From an uncultured Candidatus Bathyarchaeia archaeon (GTDB lineage: Archaea > Thermoproteota > Bathyarchaeia > 40CM-2-53-6 > DTGE01), in the NCBI GenBank assembly GCA_964346575.1, contig CAYFVN010000234.1, positions 1 through 57,051 on the forward strand: a stretch of 57,051 nucleotides of DNA, in the 5' to 3' direction. The translations under genes were made by a program, and so were the position numbers. Shown one piece after another: positions 9,776 through 17,953 of the stretch (position 1 is the stretch's first letter; each line of letters starts with the position of its first letter). The notes under the pieces are model-generated. The model was given only the letters and a program-made list of their open reading frames with translations. It was not told where the DNA came from and did not search any database.

Positions 9776-10051
9776 TTGAGTCAAAGGAGTCAGATCTTAA
9801 TAGGTCAAAAACCTCTAATGAACTATGTGGTAGCTTGTTTAACAGTTTTCAATCATGGAGAGAGTGAGCTAATAATCAGAGCGCGAGGGAGGGCGATTTC
9901 AAAGGCTGTAGACGTAGCTGAAATGCTGAGAAGGATGTTTATAAAGGATCTTAATGTAAAGTTAATTACAATAGGCTCCGAGGAGCTCAAACGTCCTGAA
10001 GGATACACCACAAACATATCGATAATGGAGATAACCCTAAGCAAAAAATGA
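9776..10051 (+). CDS. albA: DNA/RNA-binding protein Alba
   Basis: 91 aa with ILIGQKPLMNYVVACLTVFNHGESELIIRARGRAISKAVDVAEMLRR, the typical Alba fold signature. Preceded by a 300-bp AT-rich spacer and an AGGAGG SD. Confidence 0.9.
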   Translation: MSQRSQILIGQKPLMNYVVACLTVFNHGESELIIRARGRAISKAVDVAEMLRRMFIKDLNVKLITIGSEELKRPEGYTTNISIMEITLSKK

Positions 10052-10216
10052 GCCATGCTCCTAAATGACTTTCGCCTTCATATAACGACTTGGATAGAAA
10101 AATAGTTTTTCAACTTTTAAACTAAGCTGATTAATGTTTGCTCCTTCCATTCTACGATTTAATAAATTAATTTGGAGATAAAACTCAAGTCAAATTCACA
10201 TCATAGTTGAGTTTTG

Positions 10217-11029
10217 TTAAATTTTATTTAATACAGTTCCTCTGTCAGCATGAATCTCAACCATATCATTCAAAATGTTAATTTTAGCGTTTAGAATCAT
10301 CAACGAGTCGCCAACTCTGATCGATGAAAGTTCCTCGACCTTATCATCCCATGCAACTAGAATGGAAGTCGAAGTCGTGGAGTGGTCTGAAACCATGATG
10401 CGAGCTACCCTACCCTCCTCACCGTTGCTCCTGTTGAATACTATGATTTGAGGAGTTTCTTCTATGTGACAGCGTAAGTTTACTCTTCTCTCTTCACTCT
10501 TCACATCTGCTATACGGCTTATGAAGCTATCCAAGCTGGGTATTATATGATCCTCAGCATTTGATATTAAGTTGATCTCTCCACGTTCACCTATATGAAG
10601 TTCTACATCTCCAGTTAAACCTTTACGAGTGTATCCGTGAGCGATCTTTACAATTCTATCAAAGAGTTCTCCTCGCGAGTTTAAGTTTAGAACTTCGCTG
10701 GCGGGGTTCCAGAATGCGCACATTGTTTTACCGGTATTATCCACTATTAGAAGCCTAAGTAGAGTACCATTTCCTCCGCCAGGACGGTTAAAACTCTTCA
10801 AAGGCCAAATAGTTATAATACGGCCTACAACTGTAACATCGTTGAGACCTGGAACAAGTTTTTCTAGTGGTAGAGTTTCTTCGACCTTTCCGTCACAAAA
10901 CTCGATAGACAGATCTTGAGCTACTAGATGTACAGCGCCTTCATCTGATAAAAATCCCATATATATTTTCTTCTTTTCATCTACCATTTTTCTGATGTTA
11001 CTTTCATCTAGATCTTTTCTAACCTTCAA
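10217..11029 (-). CDS. replication protein A-like ssDNA-binding protein (two OB folds)
   Basis: N-terminal helical segment (LSDEGAVHLVAQDLSIEF) followed by OB-like blocks (VTVVGRIITIWPLKSFNRPGGGNGTLLRLLIVDNTGKTMCAFWN, and a second one, RVARIMVSDHSTTSTSILVAWDD). TTG start. The family call rests on motif resemblance only. Confidence 0.55.
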   Translation of the reverse strand: MKVRKDLDESNIRKMVDEKKKIYMGFLSDEGAVHLVAQDLSIEFCDGKVEETLPLEKLVPGLNDVTVVGRIITIWPLKSFNRPGGGNGTLLRLLIVDNTGKTMCAFWNPASEVLNLNSRGELFDRIVKIAHGYTRKGLTGDVELHIGERGEINLISNAEDHIIPSLDSFISRIADVKSEERRVNLRCHIEETPQIIVFNRSNGEEGRVARIMVSDHSTTSTSILVAWDDKVEELSSIRVGDSLMILNAKINILNDMVEIHADRGTVLNKI

Positions 11030-11183
11030 TATACGTTTGATGAGATAGCCTGTTGAGCCCAGAGGAGCTGCACTCTCCCTCAGTTTAAATTTTATATTAC
11101 ATTATTAAAGATAGCGAACATCGAAAAGATTATAGAAATCCCACCTATCATTTTATCCTCTTTACAACCAGAGGATTATCAAG

Positions 11184-14033
11184 ATGAAAACTGCCTTTTC
11201 ACTCTTACAGAGACCTATACTCAAGCGTCTTAGAGATGAGGGTATAATCAAGCCGAGTGATGTTCAAGAGATGGCGATACCTAAGATAATTCAAGGTAAG
11301 AATCTTCTTGTCGTAGCACCTACAGGAGTTGGAAAGACGTATGCTGCCATGCTTCCAATATTTAGTATGTATATATCCGCTAGAGCGTTAAGTAAGACTA
11401 AACCTATATCGATTCTATACATTACACCGTTAAGAGCTTTAAACAGAGATATATATAGACGTCTCATTTTATTAGGCAAGGCACTTGATATAAGAGTCGA
11501 TATTAGGCACGGAGACACTCCTAAGAGTGCTCGTTACACGCAGTCTATTTCTCCTCCTGAGATGCTTATAACGACCCCTGAAACTCTGCAGGCTATCCTC
11601 CCAGGTTCTCGAATGAGAGGGCATTTGAAGAACGTTATGTGGGTTATTGTCGATGAGGTTCATGAGTTAGCTTCTGATAAGAGGGGTTCCCAATTATCAT
11701 TAGCTTTGGAACGTCTCCGTAATCTAACTTACGTCGACTTTCAGAGAGTAGGTTTATCCGCTACAGTAGAATCACTGTTTCAGGTAGGTTGTTTCCTTGC
11801 AGGCGAGGGTAGACTCTTTGAAGTTATCAAATCACCAGAACTTAAAGATGTAGAAGTATATATAGAGTTTGTTAAGCCTACCGAAGTCGACAATTACAAA
11901 GCAAACCGATTTGCCATCCCTCCATCGAATGTAGCTAGGGCTCGTAGGATAATCGAATTAATATCCGAGCACAAGTCAACGTTAATTTTTACCAACACTA
12001 GAGAGCACGCGGAGTCTTTAGGCTCCCTGATACACGCTTTAAACATCGATCTTCCTGTACTTGTGCATCATGGATCATTATCTAAGGAGATCAGAGAAGA
12101 GGTTGAAAACAGGTTCCAGAAAGGCGAAATTAAAGCGATTGTATGCACATCATCCCTTGAGCTGGGCATAGATGTAGGATCAGTAGATTTTGTTCTTCAA
12201 TATATGTCTCCCCGAAGGTCTACTAGGCTTACTCAGAGGGTAGGGCGGAGCGGCCATACCTTAAAAGCACGATCTAAAGGCGTTATAATAGCCGGTTGGG
12301 CTGACGATATACTTGAATCGAAGGTTTTAGTTGAAAGGCTGGAAAAGGAGGATTTAGAGCGGACTCCGACGTATCCTAAACCATACGACGTTTTAGCTCA
12401 TCAGATCGTAGGTTTAACTTTAGACTTTAGGGGAGTCTATATTAACCAGATATATGAAACTATTAAAAAGGCTCATCCATATCGCGACCTTGCAATCGAA
12501 GAGTTGCTAGAGGTATTAGAGATTCTGGAACGTATAAAGTTGGTTAGAGTTGAAGGGGATATAGTAAGACCTCGAACTCCCAGATCATATAGATATTATT
12601 ACGAGAACCTATCCGTAATTCCAGATGTTAAGCGTTACATAGTATACGATTTCATAACAAAGAGACGTATAGGCACGTTGGATCAGGAGTTCGTAGCCCG
12701 TAGATGCCGATACGGTGTGGATATAATCATGTATGGATGTACTTGGAAGGTTCTAAGGGTAGACGATGACAATCTTAGACTGGATGTAGAACCTACTACG
12801 CCAAGCCTAGAGGCAATCCCTACCTGGGAAGGAGAGATGATTCCAGTAGAGTATTGCACAGCTATGAAAGTTGGAAAACTTAGGAGACTCATCGCTGAGG
12901 GCTGGGCTGCTAAGGGCCACTCTGAATTTCAAATATTGGAGGGGCTTTCAGAACAGGCTATTGAAAGGCTATCAGAGACTATAAGAGAGCATGCAAATTC
13001 ATACCCGTTGCCTACAGACAATAAAATCTTAATAGAACGCTTCGAGAACACAATGGTCGTCCATTCTTGTCTAGGAAATAGAGCTAATGAAACATTAGCT
13101 TTAGTCTTATCTACATTACTGAACTCGGAGTATGGAATAGTCGCCAGCTACCAAGTTGACCCTTATAGAATAGCCTTAACAACCCCCTATAAAATAGAGG
13201 CTGAGACTATCAGTAAACTTCTACGATCATTAACCCCTGAATCACTGCTTAAAATAGTCGAGAGTACTATAGAGGAGTCAAATCAATTTGCGTGGAGGCA
13301 TTGGCATATAGCTAAACGATTTGGAATAATCGAACGTAAGGCCGACTACCGCCTGAACAAAGCTAGAACACTTATCAGAATATTCAGAGATACTCCGGTG
13401 TCATCAGAAGCCAGGAAAGAGACGTTTATAGAGCAGTTAGACATAGAATCGTTAAGTGAGTTCTTGAAATCTTTGAGGGAGGAAAATATATCTATAAACA
13501 TCATGGAGGAAAGTATAGATGGATCCTGCACTCCGCTTGCAACTCCTATACTGGATAAGGTAGTGCCTCACGACCTACTTAGACCGGCATTACCTACCGG
13601 ATCTTTAATAGAGATCGTAAAACAGCGCATAGATAAAAGTTTAGTAAAGCTTGTATGCGTTCACAAAGGCGATTGGGAAACCTTAAAGATAGTTGAAAAA
13701 TCACCTGAGATTTTGAGATGTCCTAAATGTAAGTCGACATTGGTAGCTGTTGCAAACCCTAACGATAGAGACCTTTTAACAGTAATTAAGAGAAGGCTTA
13801 ATAGACGACGGTTAAGAAACGAGGAGTACGAGAAGTGGGAGCAAGCTTGGAAAAGCGCTAGTCTAGTTCAGGTATACGGTAAAAAGGCTGTTACAGCTTT
13901 AGCTGGAAGGGGTGTGGGTCCTAAGACTGCTGCGAGACTTCTAAGGAGGCCCTTACACAAAGAGGAGGAACTATATGTTGAAATATTAAAGGCTGAACGG
14001 CTCTACGCGAGGACACGAGCATTCTGGGATTAA
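11184..14033 (+). CDS. lhr: Lhr-type (aLhr2-like) SF2 DEVH-box helicase
   Basis: Motif I VVAPTGVGKT, motif II VDEVHE, motif VI QRVGRSGH. It has the long DEAD/H-associated C-terminal region with a Zn ribbon (CPKCKSTL) and an HhH-like GRGVGPKTAARLL. 949 aa. Confidence 0.85.
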   Translation: MKTAFSLLQRPILKRLRDEGIIKPSDVQEMAIPKIIQGKNLLVVAPTGVGKTYAAMLPIFSMYISARALSKTKPISILYITPLRALNRDIYRRLILLGKALDIRVDIRHGDTPKSARYTQSISPPEMLITTPETLQAILPGSRMRGHLKNVMWVIVDEVHELASDKRGSQLSLALERLRNLTYVDFQRVGLSATVESLFQVGCFLAGEGRLFEVIKSPELKDVEVYIEFVKPTEVDNYKANRFAIPPSNVARARRIIELISEHKSTLIFTNTREHAESLGSLIHALNIDLPVLVHHGSLSKEIREEVENRFQKGEIKAIVCTSSLELGIDVGSVDFVLQYMSPRRSTRLTQRVGRSGHTLKARSKGVIIAGWADDILESKVLVERLEKEDLERTPTYPKPYDVLAHQIVGLTLDFRGVYINQIYETIKKAHPYRDLAIEELLEVLEILERIKLVRVEGDIVRPRTPRSYRYYYENLSVIPDVKRYIVYDFITKRRIGTLDQEFVARRCRYGVDIIMYGCTWKVLRVDDDNLRLDVEPTTPSLEAIPTWEGEMIPVEYCTAMKVGKLRRLIAEGWAAKGHSEFQILEGLSEQAIERLSETIREHANSYPLPTDNKILIERFENTMVVHSCLGNRANETLALVLSTLLNSEYGIVASYQVDPYRIALTTPYKIEAETISKLLRSLTPESLLKIVESTIEESNQFAWRHWHIAKRFGIIERKADYRLNKARTLIRIFRDTPVSSEARKETFIEQLDIESLSEFLKSLREENISINIMEESIDGSCTPLATPILDKVVPHDLLRPALPTGSLIEIVKQRIDKSLVKLVCVHKGDWETLKIVEKSPEILRCPKCKSTLVAVANPNDRDLLTVIKRRLNRRRLRNEEYEKWEQAWKSASLVQVYGKKAVTALAGRGVGPKTAARLLRRPLHKEEELYVEILKAERLYARTRAFWD

Positions 14034-14235
14034 TCCACTAATCTTCGGTGCCTTTCCTGCTTATATATACAAAAATAGCTATCATAGATATAAAACCTAA
14101 AGCCATAATTAAAGTTTGAATCAGGTTGTAAAACTCGTCAGGTGTCATCGCTTGATCGCATTAGGTTTGTCTCTCCATATTAAAAAATATATCCTTACAA
14201 AAGATCTAAAGATTTTAATTTTTTAAGGTTCAAAG

Positions 14236-14658
14236 TTAGGTCTCAGTTTTGGCCAATACTTCTCTGTATAGCTTGTCTGGTAGTTCTTTCTCTACGAACT
14301 TGCTTAAAGTTGAAGCTAGGATTTGAGCTATTATATGATAACATACGCCGCGTTTTCCTCCTAGTACTCGAAAATAGAAATCATCACAGCTACAGTAAAG
14401 TGTAGTAGGCATTATCTGATAGATTCCGCTCTGCCCCCTAACGGTCCAGACTTCGCGACCGCTAGGTTCAAAATTATATTTTGTAACTCTCTTCTCATCA
14501 ACTATTCTTATAGCTCTTTCAAATCTATTAGAAAAGACCTGAGATAAGAGGTTCCTTTCTTCCTCTCCAAGTCTACCTTTACTGTGTATCTTAACGATTA
14601 TTTTATCTAATTTATCTAACTCATCCGGAGCTGGATTCGCCATAAAATTATTCCTCAA
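14236..14658 (-). CDS. SWIM zinc-finger protein (small archaeal family)
   Basis: CxC-x(n)-CxH signature YCSCDDFYFRVLGGKRGVCYH in a 140-aa protein. Confidence 0.7.
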   Translation of the reverse strand: MRNNFMANPAPDELDKLDKIIVKIHSKGRLGEEERNLLSQVFSNRFERAIRIVDEKRVTKYNFEPSGREVWTVRGQSGIYQIMPTTLYCSCDDFYFRVLGGKRGVCYHIIAQILASTLSKFVEKELPDKLYREVLAKTET

Positions 14659-14715
14659 ACTTTCGCTTATACGTGACTTTTATATTATCATTGTCCTCTT
14701 AAACAGGTATGATAA

Positions 14716-15513
14716 ATGTATCCTTTAACTCCCTTCCCTGCGCTACTAATAGAAAAAGATAAAAAGATTCTTGTTATTGCAGATCTCCATATCGGATGGG
14801 AAGTATCTCTAGCCCATCAAGGTATACATATACCCTCCCAAGTGAACCGTATAATATCTAAGACTTTAGCTGTTCTAGAATCGTCAGGGGCTGAAGAGCT
14901 GCTGGTTCTAGGCGACGTAAAACACACCGTTGCGAAAGCTGAATTTGAGGAATGGCGTGATGTCCCATTTTTCTTTGAAGAAATATTGAAGACAATAAAT
15001 TCAGTATCTATAATTCCAGGAAATCATGACGGTAACTTAGAAGCTTTACTTCCGGCAGGTGTTAAGCTTCTTCCATCTGTTGGGTCGTCTATAAGTAAAA
15101 TAGTATTGTTTCACGGTCATAAACTTCCATCTCCAGAACTGTTAATCAAATGTAAACGGATAATTATGGGGCATATGCATCCAATGATAGCGTTGAGGGA
15201 TAGGGTAGGCTTTAAAACTATGCAGCAGGTCTGGGTTAATGCTTCGTGTAGAAGTGAAGAGCTGCTTCAGGCTCTGAAGAAACGTTTCAAGAGTGTGAAG
15301 TTAAAAGAGTTGTTTGCATCTCAGATCAGCTGTACAATTGTTCCCTCTTTCAATGATCTTTTAGGTGGGAGGGCTGTAAACCTAAGTTATGGTGATGACC
15401 AATATATGGGGCCTTTAGTGAGGTCAGGAGCTGTTAACATCGATGAGGCTGAGATATTCTTACTTGATGGAACCTACCTAGGAAGAGTTACACGGCTGAA
15501 ATCTGCTTTATAA
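14716..15513 (+). CDS. metallophosphoesterase (ICC/SbcD-related, MPE-like)
   Basis: Calcineurin-like motifs ADLHIG, GDVKH, GNHD, GHKLP and GHMHP appear in the canonical order. Confidence 0.7.
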   Translation: MYPLTPFPALLIEKDKKILVIADLHIGWEVSLAHQGIHIPSQVNRIISKTLAVLESSGAEELLVLGDVKHTVAKAEFEEWRDVPFFFEEILKTINSVSIIPGNHDGNLEALLPAGVKLLPSVGSSISKIVLFHGHKLPSPELLIKCKRIIMGHMHPMIALRDRVGFKTMQQVWVNASCRSEELLQALKKRFKSVKLKELFASQISCTIVPSFNDLLGGRAVNLSYGDDQYMGPLVRSGAVNIDEAEIFLLDGTYLGRVTRLKSAL

Positions 15514-15655
15514 ATTGAATATTGTAATTTAACATATTTATATGGACAAAAAGATGAACGCAGAGAATTTATTATCTACCTATATTTGATTATCCCATAT
15601 TATTTCGAATATAATACACGTTGAGTTGAAGCATCTCTGAAGGTGTCGATGGGGT

Positions 15656-17026
15656 TTGAAGTATGACGTAGTGATAGTAGGGGCGGGTCCAGCCGGTATA
15701 TTCACTGCTTTAGAGCTTGTCAGGAATGGCGTGGAGAGCATCCTTATGCTTGATATGGGTCCTGAAATCAACAAGAGGGAGTGTCCATCAAGTAGGGGAA
15801 TGGGTTGTGTAAGATGCGATCCGTGTTTTTTACTCTCAGGTTGGGGTGGTGCTGGTGCTTTCAGTGATGGTAAACTTACCTTGTCTACAGAGGTAGGGGG
15901 ATGGCTTAACGAGTATATAAGCGAAGAACGTCTATCGGAACTAATAAATTATGTAGACAGAATATATCTCGAGTTTGGAGCTCCTTCTCACCTTTACGGT
16001 ACAGACGTTGATAGAATAGATGAGATACGGAGAAGAGCCTTATCTGTGGGGCTCAAACTAATACCTGAGAAGATAAGGCATCTAGGGACCGAGATCTGTC
16101 CTCAAATATTAAGCGGAATGGAGAAAGATCTGAGTAAACATGTAGATATAAGGCTTAGGATGCGGGTTAAGGACATCAGAGTTGAAAGAGGCTCAACTAA
16201 AGGTATAGTTACGAATAACGGTGAGAGAATAGAAAGCAGATACGTAGTCGTTGCACCTGGTAGGGGAGGTGCGGAGTGGCTCAAATCATTAGCCCAAACC
16301 TTAAGGTTAAAGACTATAAACAATCCGGTGGATCTCGGAGTTCGCGTTGAAGTTTCAGCCTCCGTCATGAAAGAACTTGCGGAGGTTCTTTATGAACCTA
16401 AGTTAATATATTTCTCAAAGTCTTTTGACGATAAGGTTAGGGTATTCTGCTTCAATCCAAGCGGAGAGGTGATAACTGAATTCTATAACGGAGTCTTAAC
16501 GGTGAATGGTCAGGGCTACGCTAAAAAAAAGACTGAAAACACGAACTTCGCCATTCTGGTTAGCACGTCATTCACAGAACCTTTCAGAGAGCCCATCGCT
16601 TATGGAAAATATATAGCTAGGCTTGCTAACTTGTTAGGTGGCGGTATAATAGTTCAACGTCTAGGTGATCTGGAGGTTGGTAGACGCTCAACAGAGGAGC
16701 GGATAAGACGTAACGTGGTAAACCCTACTTTAGCGACGGCGACTCCTGGAGATTTGAGTTTCGTATTACCTTATCGGTACCTCTCTGATATAAAAGAGAT
16801 GCTTCAAGCTATGGATAGGGTGGCTCCAGGACTATACGCGAAACAGACCTTACTATATGGTGTCGAGGTTAAGTTCTATTCTTCGAGGCTTGAGCTTAAC
16901 GATAACCTCGAAACTAAAATAAGAAACCTGTTCGCAGCAGGTGATGGGGCGGGGGTTACAAGAGGTCTTATACAGTCATCTGTATCAGGAGTTATAGTCG
17001 CCAAGGAGATAGCTCGTCGTATGTAA
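15656..17026 (+). CDS. FAD-dependent oxidoreductase (COG2509-like)
   Basis: Rossmann motif YDVVIVGAGPAGIFTA, a cysteine pair CVRCDPC, then GWGGAGAFSDGKL, and a C-terminal FAAGDGAG. TTG start. Confidence 0.75.
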   Translation: MKYDVVIVGAGPAGIFTALELVRNGVESILMLDMGPEINKRECPSSRGMGCVRCDPCFLLSGWGGAGAFSDGKLTLSTEVGGWLNEYISEERLSELINYVDRIYLEFGAPSHLYGTDVDRIDEIRRRALSVGLKLIPEKIRHLGTEICPQILSGMEKDLSKHVDIRLRMRVKDIRVERGSTKGIVTNNGERIESRYVVVAPGRGGAEWLKSLAQTLRLKTINNPVDLGVRVEVSASVMKELAEVLYEPKLIYFSKSFDDKVRVFCFNPSGEVITEFYNGVLTVNGQGYAKKKTENTNFAILVSTSFTEPFREPIAYGKYIARLANLLGGGIIVQRLGDLEVGRRSTEERIRRNVVNPTLATATPGDLSFVLPYRYLSDIKEMLQAMDRVAPGLYAKQTLLYGVEVKFYSSRLELNDNLETKIRNLFAAGDGAGVTRGLIQSSVSGVIVAKEIARRM

Positions 17027-17088
17027 AAATTACGGTCAATCGCGCCGCTAAATATTGCGAGCGCTATTTTTAAATTTTCTATATTTGA

Positions 17089-17199
17089 TGGGGCGGGCGG
17101 GATTTTCATGGTTTATTAGCCGTTTTGAACCCGCGATCTCCGACTTACCCTCCAACGGACCCGAGGCCGGGATCTTAGACCAAACTGGACCACCGCCCC
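17089..17199 (-). tRNA. tRNA-Pro (anticodon CGG) with two introns (canonical 37/38 and T-loop)
   Basis: Manual fold: acceptor GGGGCGG/CCGCCCC, discriminator A, anticodon stem CCGGC/GTCGG, loop CU-CGG-G then a 14-nt insert (17146..17159). The T stem GCGGG/CCCGC encloses 28 nt instead of 7, implying a ~21-nt intron at about 17103..17123. No encoded CCA. AT-rich TATA-like TTTTTATTAAA lies about 21-31 nt upstream (17220..17230). Confidence 0.8.
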
Positions 17200-17953
17200 C
17201 AATAGTTTTTAAGAGGTTGTTTAATAAAAATATCAAGGTTCCCCTATTAGGCTTGGTAATTTAAAATTTTAAGTTCGTTTCATGAGTCTAAATATCGGTT
17301 ATAGACCGATTTTTAAATATTCTACTGAAAAGATTGTTGATAAGAAAGCTTAAAAGAAAAAAATAGGGTTGGAGGAGGCTTTCCTTGGGTCTCCTATCTC
17401 TTGGACTAACTAATTGATATTTTCAATCAGGTAGCTTATAATCTGTAGTATTTCCAAGCTGTTTTTTCATAGTTCAAGAAGTAATCCCTCATCTCCTCCC
17501 CTAATAAAAGGTGAAGCTCTGTTTTGTTATTCCCATCATAGTCAAAAACAATGATCTTTCGCTGTAAAGTTTTGTCACTGAACCTTGTATATTACTTTCC
17601 CGCGTTTCATTCGAGGTCTATAACTTCTAGAGAGCACCAGAAGCTACTAATCGGACGCGCTTAGACTAAAATTTCTAATCAATATTTATATCAGTCAATT
17701 ACATTTGTTTTCTGAATATTAATCTGCCCTAACATATACTTTAGAATGAAATAGATGTCTGACAAAGAAAGATCGAGGATTCAAGGCGGTACACATTCAG
17801 AGCTATCAGTCTTTAGGGCCATGATAAGGATGATTGAATATTTCACGTGCGAGTCATGATAGCTAAAAACAACAAATGTCATCGAAATCCAAAACACGCC
17901 GTATTCAATATATTTAATTTTTTAAAGTAAGTTGATAGCTAATATTATAGGAT

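Noticed and set aside
17048-17264. Two ORFs (62 aa minus strand, 69 aa plus strand) in the track.
   Set aside because: Both lie over the tRNA-Pro gene and its flanks, and their translations are low-complexity. The tRNA fold explains the sequence.
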